NCBI GenBank assembly: GCA_043821445.1
Contig: JBDRCT010000036.1
Span: forward strand, 25,879 to 89,878
DNA: 64,000 nucleotides
Direction: 5' to 3'
Source: Candidatus Omnitrophota bacterium
GTDB taxonomy: Bacteria > Omnitrophota > Omnitrophia > Omnitrophales > Aquincolibacteriaceae
The translations under genes were made by a program, and so were the position numbers. The notes beneath the pieces were generated by a model. That model ran no database searches. It was not told the DNA's origin and saw nothing but the letters and a program-made list of their open reading frames with translations. Positions 62,835 to 64,000 of the stretch are shown here, piece by piece. Every line of letters begins with the position of its first letter. Within the stretch, counting starts at the first letter, position 1.

Positions 62835-64000
62835 ATGACAAAGCAAATCCCGGCGGGAAATTCTCTCAAGGAAAAACTGTTTTTGGTAGATGGCAATTCC
62901 TTCTGTTACCGGGCTTTTTACGCGATCCCGAACCTGACGAATTCTAAGGGCGAGCCGACCAACGCCATTTATGGATTCGTAACTATGATGCGCAAGCTCA
63001 TGGCGGAGCAGCGGCCAGACTATGTTGCCATGTGTTTTGACCGGAAAGAGCCGACGTTCCGGCATGAACAATACAAAGAGTACAAAGCGCACCGCAAACC
63101 CATGCCCGAAGAGCTCGTGAAACAGATCGAACCCATTAAGGAGTTTTGCCGGATCTCAAACATGACGATCTTTGAAAAAGCGGGGTACGAAGCAGATGAC
63201 GTGATCGGGACCTTGGCAAGGCAGGGAAAAAAAGAAGGTTACCAAGTGTTTATCATTACGGGGGATAAAGACGCCTTCCAACTGGTCGATGATCAGGTCA
63301 AGATCCTCCAGCCTCACAAGGAGAGCCTGGTCTATGACGCCGAAAAGGTCCGGGAACGTTTTAGCGGGCTTGGACCGGATAAAGTCGTGGACATTCTCGC
63401 CCTCATGGGGGATGCCTCGGACAATATCCCGGGCGTACCGGGGATCGGTGAAAAAACCGCCATCAAACTCATCCAGGAATTTGGTTCCGTGAGCGGTCTC
63501 CTTGAACGACTGGAAGAAATTCCTTCGGAGAAACAAAGGCAGAAGATCCAAGCGAACGTGAAAGACCTGAAATTATCCCAAATGCTCGCGACAATCGATA
63601 CAGATGTGACGCTTGAGATCGATTGGGACGCCTTGCGCGTGGCCGAGCCACAGACCGCGGCCCTGATGGAATTTTTTAAACGGTATGAGTTCCGAGGGCT
63701 CCTGAAAAGCGTCGCGGGGCAAGGCGGGAAAGAGGCGGAGGAGCGGAAATACCAAACGATCGAAACTCTCCAAGAACTCAAAAATTTTACAAGAGAACTT
63801 AAAAAAGCGAAAACCGTTAGTTTTGACACCGAAACGACCTCGACCGATCCCATGAAGGCCGCCCTGGTCGGCATGAGCCTCTGTTGGGAACCCTTTACAG
63901 CCTATTACATACCCGTATCTTCCCGGGCGCACCAAGGTCCAGGACTGCCTCTTACGCAGGTTTTGGATATTGTGAAACCGGCGCTCGAGGACGGTAAAAT
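62835..64000 (+). CDS. polA: DNA polymerase I, truncated by the window end
   Basis: LVDGNSFCYRAFYA, PTNAIYGF, YEADDVIGT, GDASDNIPGVPGIGEKTA, FDTET. Confidence 0.95.
   Translation, partial: MTKQIPAGNSLKEKLFLVDGNSFCYRAFYAIPNLTNSKGEPTNAIYGFVTMMRKLMAEQRPDYVAMCFDRKEPTFRHEQYKEYKAHRKPMPEELVKQIEPIKEFCRISNMTIFEKAGYEADDVIGTLARQGKKEGYQVFIITGDKDAFQLVDDQVKILQPHKESLVYDAEKVRERFSGLGPDKVVDILALMGDASDNIPGVPGIGEKTAIKLIQEFGSVSGLLERLEEIPSEKQRQKIQANVKDLKLSQMLATIDTDVTLEIDWDALRVAEPQTAALMEFFKRYEFRGLLKSVAGQGGKEAEERKYQTIETLQELKNFTRELKKAKTVSFDTETTSTDPMKAALVGMSLCWEPFTAYYIPVSSRAHQGPGLPLTQVLDIVKPALEDGK

Overview
Chromosomal origin region (serS-gyrA-gyrB-dciA-dnaN-dnaA / rpmH-rnpA-yidD-yidC-mnmG-parA-parB, two parS sites) of a bacterium. 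Gene content suggests a PVC-group organism such as Omnitrophota, but that is inference only. The left ~17.3 kb is an AT-rich genomic island that ends at a tRNA-Arg(ACG) 5' half cut at the anticodon loop. It carries HEPN, TPR and SIR2 defence-like genes, a tyrosine integrase/excisionase module, an orphan R-M controller with its operator, and a long array of small exported or membrane proteins and nucleases. Next come a tRNA-Ser(GCT) invaded by a small GIY-YIG element, cysDN, two AlkP-superfamily enzymes and tRNA-Ser(GGA). Right of the origin are a sugar SBP/GH94/glycoamylase-fold/ROK locus, a biotin operon containing FabG and FabF instead of known pimelate genes, an intact but cofactor-stripped Rnf-like operon, pilT, a ~320-nt structured leader and the start of polA. 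All calls come from reading motifs by eye; no searches were run.
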